Positions 62,307-64,000 of a stretch of DNA of 64,000 nucleotides are shown piece by piece. Within the stretch, counting starts at the first letter, position 1. The number at the start of each line of letters is the position of its first letter. A program made the position numbers and the translations under genes. The notes beneath the pieces are model-generated. The model saw nothing but the letters and a program-made list of their open reading frames with translations. It ran no database searches and had not been told where the DNA came from. Location: contig NEEC01000015.1 of the NCBI GenBank assembly GCA_002189035.1, forward strand, positions 930,001-994,000. Reading direction: 5' to 3'. The stretch is from Utricularia gibba. Its lineage: Eukaryota; Plantae; Magnoliophyta.

Positions 62307-64000
62307 ATGAGTGGGGGTAGTAGCCGTGAAGCGGAGGAAGAGTTGATCGATTTGAACAAACTGCCGGTGGAGAGAAAATGGGAGGCGATAGAGAAAAGCG
62401 TCCTGGGTAATGGTGGGTGTGATCGGCCTGATGGGTTAGTTAAGCAAGGCTGGGTTTTGAGGTCGAGAACGGTGGCTATGAGTGATGGCGAGAAGCAAGT
62501 GATTAAGATGGAGATAGTCAGTATGGCGGATAGCCGTGCAAATGAGGCTTCTGGGTTGGAGGATGAGGGTGAAGGGCAGAGTGCTGAGCCGCAGAGGGAG
62601 ACAAAGATAGTGCGTAAGAGGGGGAGGCCTCGAAAAGCGGATTCTACGCCTGAGCCAGAGCCGGGACCGAGGCTGAGACTCTACCATTGGGTCATGCAGA
62701 GAAGAGAAAGAGGGGAAGACCAACAAAACTCAATTCTGGAACTGAGTTGGTGCCCGAACAAACTCACAAGAAGAGGAAAAGGAGTAAAAGGAGGGGGAGG
62801 CCTCAGAAATCGGAGTCCGGAAATGAGGTCTCTAGTCTGAATGGACGAGTTAAGCTTCAGGGGGGAGACCTCGTAAAAGACAAGGTGAAATCGTGATCTT
62901 GAATTGTGGGGATTGTGCAATGGGACAGGAGGATGCCAATTCGAACACTTATGGCATCTCCGAAGGTGGAGTAAAGCTAACAGCGCCAATTAAGAGTAAG
63001 CGGGGTAGACCTCCGAAAAACGAAGCTAACATTGTGGCTTCTATTTTAAGTTGTGAGGATAGTGTACGGCAGGTGGAGGCTGATCGGAAGCGTATTGGCA
63101 TATGCAAACGACAAGGAAATCTGAAACGGAAGTGGAAGCTAGGAAGGCCTCCAAAAACTCCGAAAGAAAATGTGGAGTCGATGTCTAAGACGTATGATGT
63201 TAAAAGATGTTCCGGGAGTCGAGGATCTGCAAATCCTGGACCAAAGAAAAGGTTCAAACGCAGTTCATATGCTTCACGGCATGGAATCTTGAAAGGGGAA
63301 CCAGCAAGAGCTAAATCTGCTAAACAAACAAATGGGGGGCGTAATGAACAGAAACAACTTTTGAGGGACAGCATACTTGATATGCTGAAGAGTGCTGGGT
63401 GGTTTGTGGAATACAGGCAAAGGCAGTCCAAGGATTACTACGATGCTGTTTATGTTGATCTCCAGGGAAGAAGCTACTGGTCAATTACATTGGCCTACAA
63501 AAAATTCAAAGAGAGGATTGACAAAGGAAATGCAAGTGAGAAAGATATCTCGGCATTTGTCGCAATACCAGAGGAGACGCTTAGCTTGCTGTTCAGAGCC
63601 GATCGGAGAGGCAAGAGAAGTGACGAAAAGAATATCAATGTGAAGAAAAAATCAAGATGTACCATAGGTAAACAAAGAACTTTGTTGGCCCGTAGACCCA
63701 AAGATGGATCTGATAAGGATGGTTTTGAGCTATATCATGGAAAACGCTCTTTGCTATCCTGGATGATAGATCTTGGAACAGTTCCTTTAAGTGGAAAAGT
63801 GATGTATTTGAGAGGAAGGTGTAAAAAAAAGCTGCGTGAAGGGACTATTGAAAAAGAAGGAATCCGTTGTGGTTGTTGTAATATGTTGTATACGATCAGG
63901 GGTTTTGGGTCTCATGTAGGATGCATGCATGGCAAACCCTATGAGAACATTTATCTGGATTCTGGGACCTCTCTGTCTCAATGCCTTGTTGATTCGTGGA
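62307..64000 (+). CDS. IDM1-like AT-hook/Tify(TDBD) chromatin protein of the PHD-GNAT family; 5' part only, runs off the right edge
   Basis: Multiple AT-hooks (KRGRPRK, KRGRPTK, RRGRPQK, GRPRK, KRGRPPK), LLDMLKSAGWFVEYRQR-like segment with YDAVY...YWSITLAY, KRSLLSWMIDLGTV, EGIRCGCC...KPYENIYLDSGTSLSQC. Open from about 62863 to 64000. Two 1-nt deletions upstream. Confidence 0.88.

Overview
Gene-dense eudicot plant nuclear DNA, with introns mostly 65-110 nt and AT-rich intergenic blocks. A compact asterid genome such as Utricularia/Genlisea is only a guess. I can support 18 protein-coding genes and one pseudogene, in order: CEPR2-like LRR-RLK (runs off the left edge), cytosolic alkaline/neutral invertase, class I TCP, a small mitochondrial At1g72020-like protein, FANCM, deoxynucleoside kinase, a PHD/PZP chromatin protein, TMEM50/VPS68, an intronless RluA-type pseudouridine synthase, DUF1644, plastid RPS13, an MEI2 C-terminal-RRM (MCT) gene, PIP5K, a PsaH pseudogene, MPS1 kinase, a C2H2/PARP-like protein, a small coiled-coil protein, a MORN protein, and an IDM1-like AT-hook protein (runs off the right edge). 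I found no tRNA, rRNA, CRISPR array or intact transposon. Main observations: (1) a decayed, intron-containing photosystem I PsaH gene with two nonsense codons inside a block of unidentified coding-like remnants; (2) a U12-type AT-AC intron in FANCM; (3) about 15 single-base frameshifts, mostly in homopolymer runs and including conserved genes, most likely long-read assembly error; (4) an intronless RluA-family gene lacking the catalytic Asp; (5) no nitrate reductase where recalled Arabidopsis synteny would place one. I found no clear novel multi-gene system. All exon structures were derived by hand, and Arabidopsis locus identifiers are from memory and unverified.
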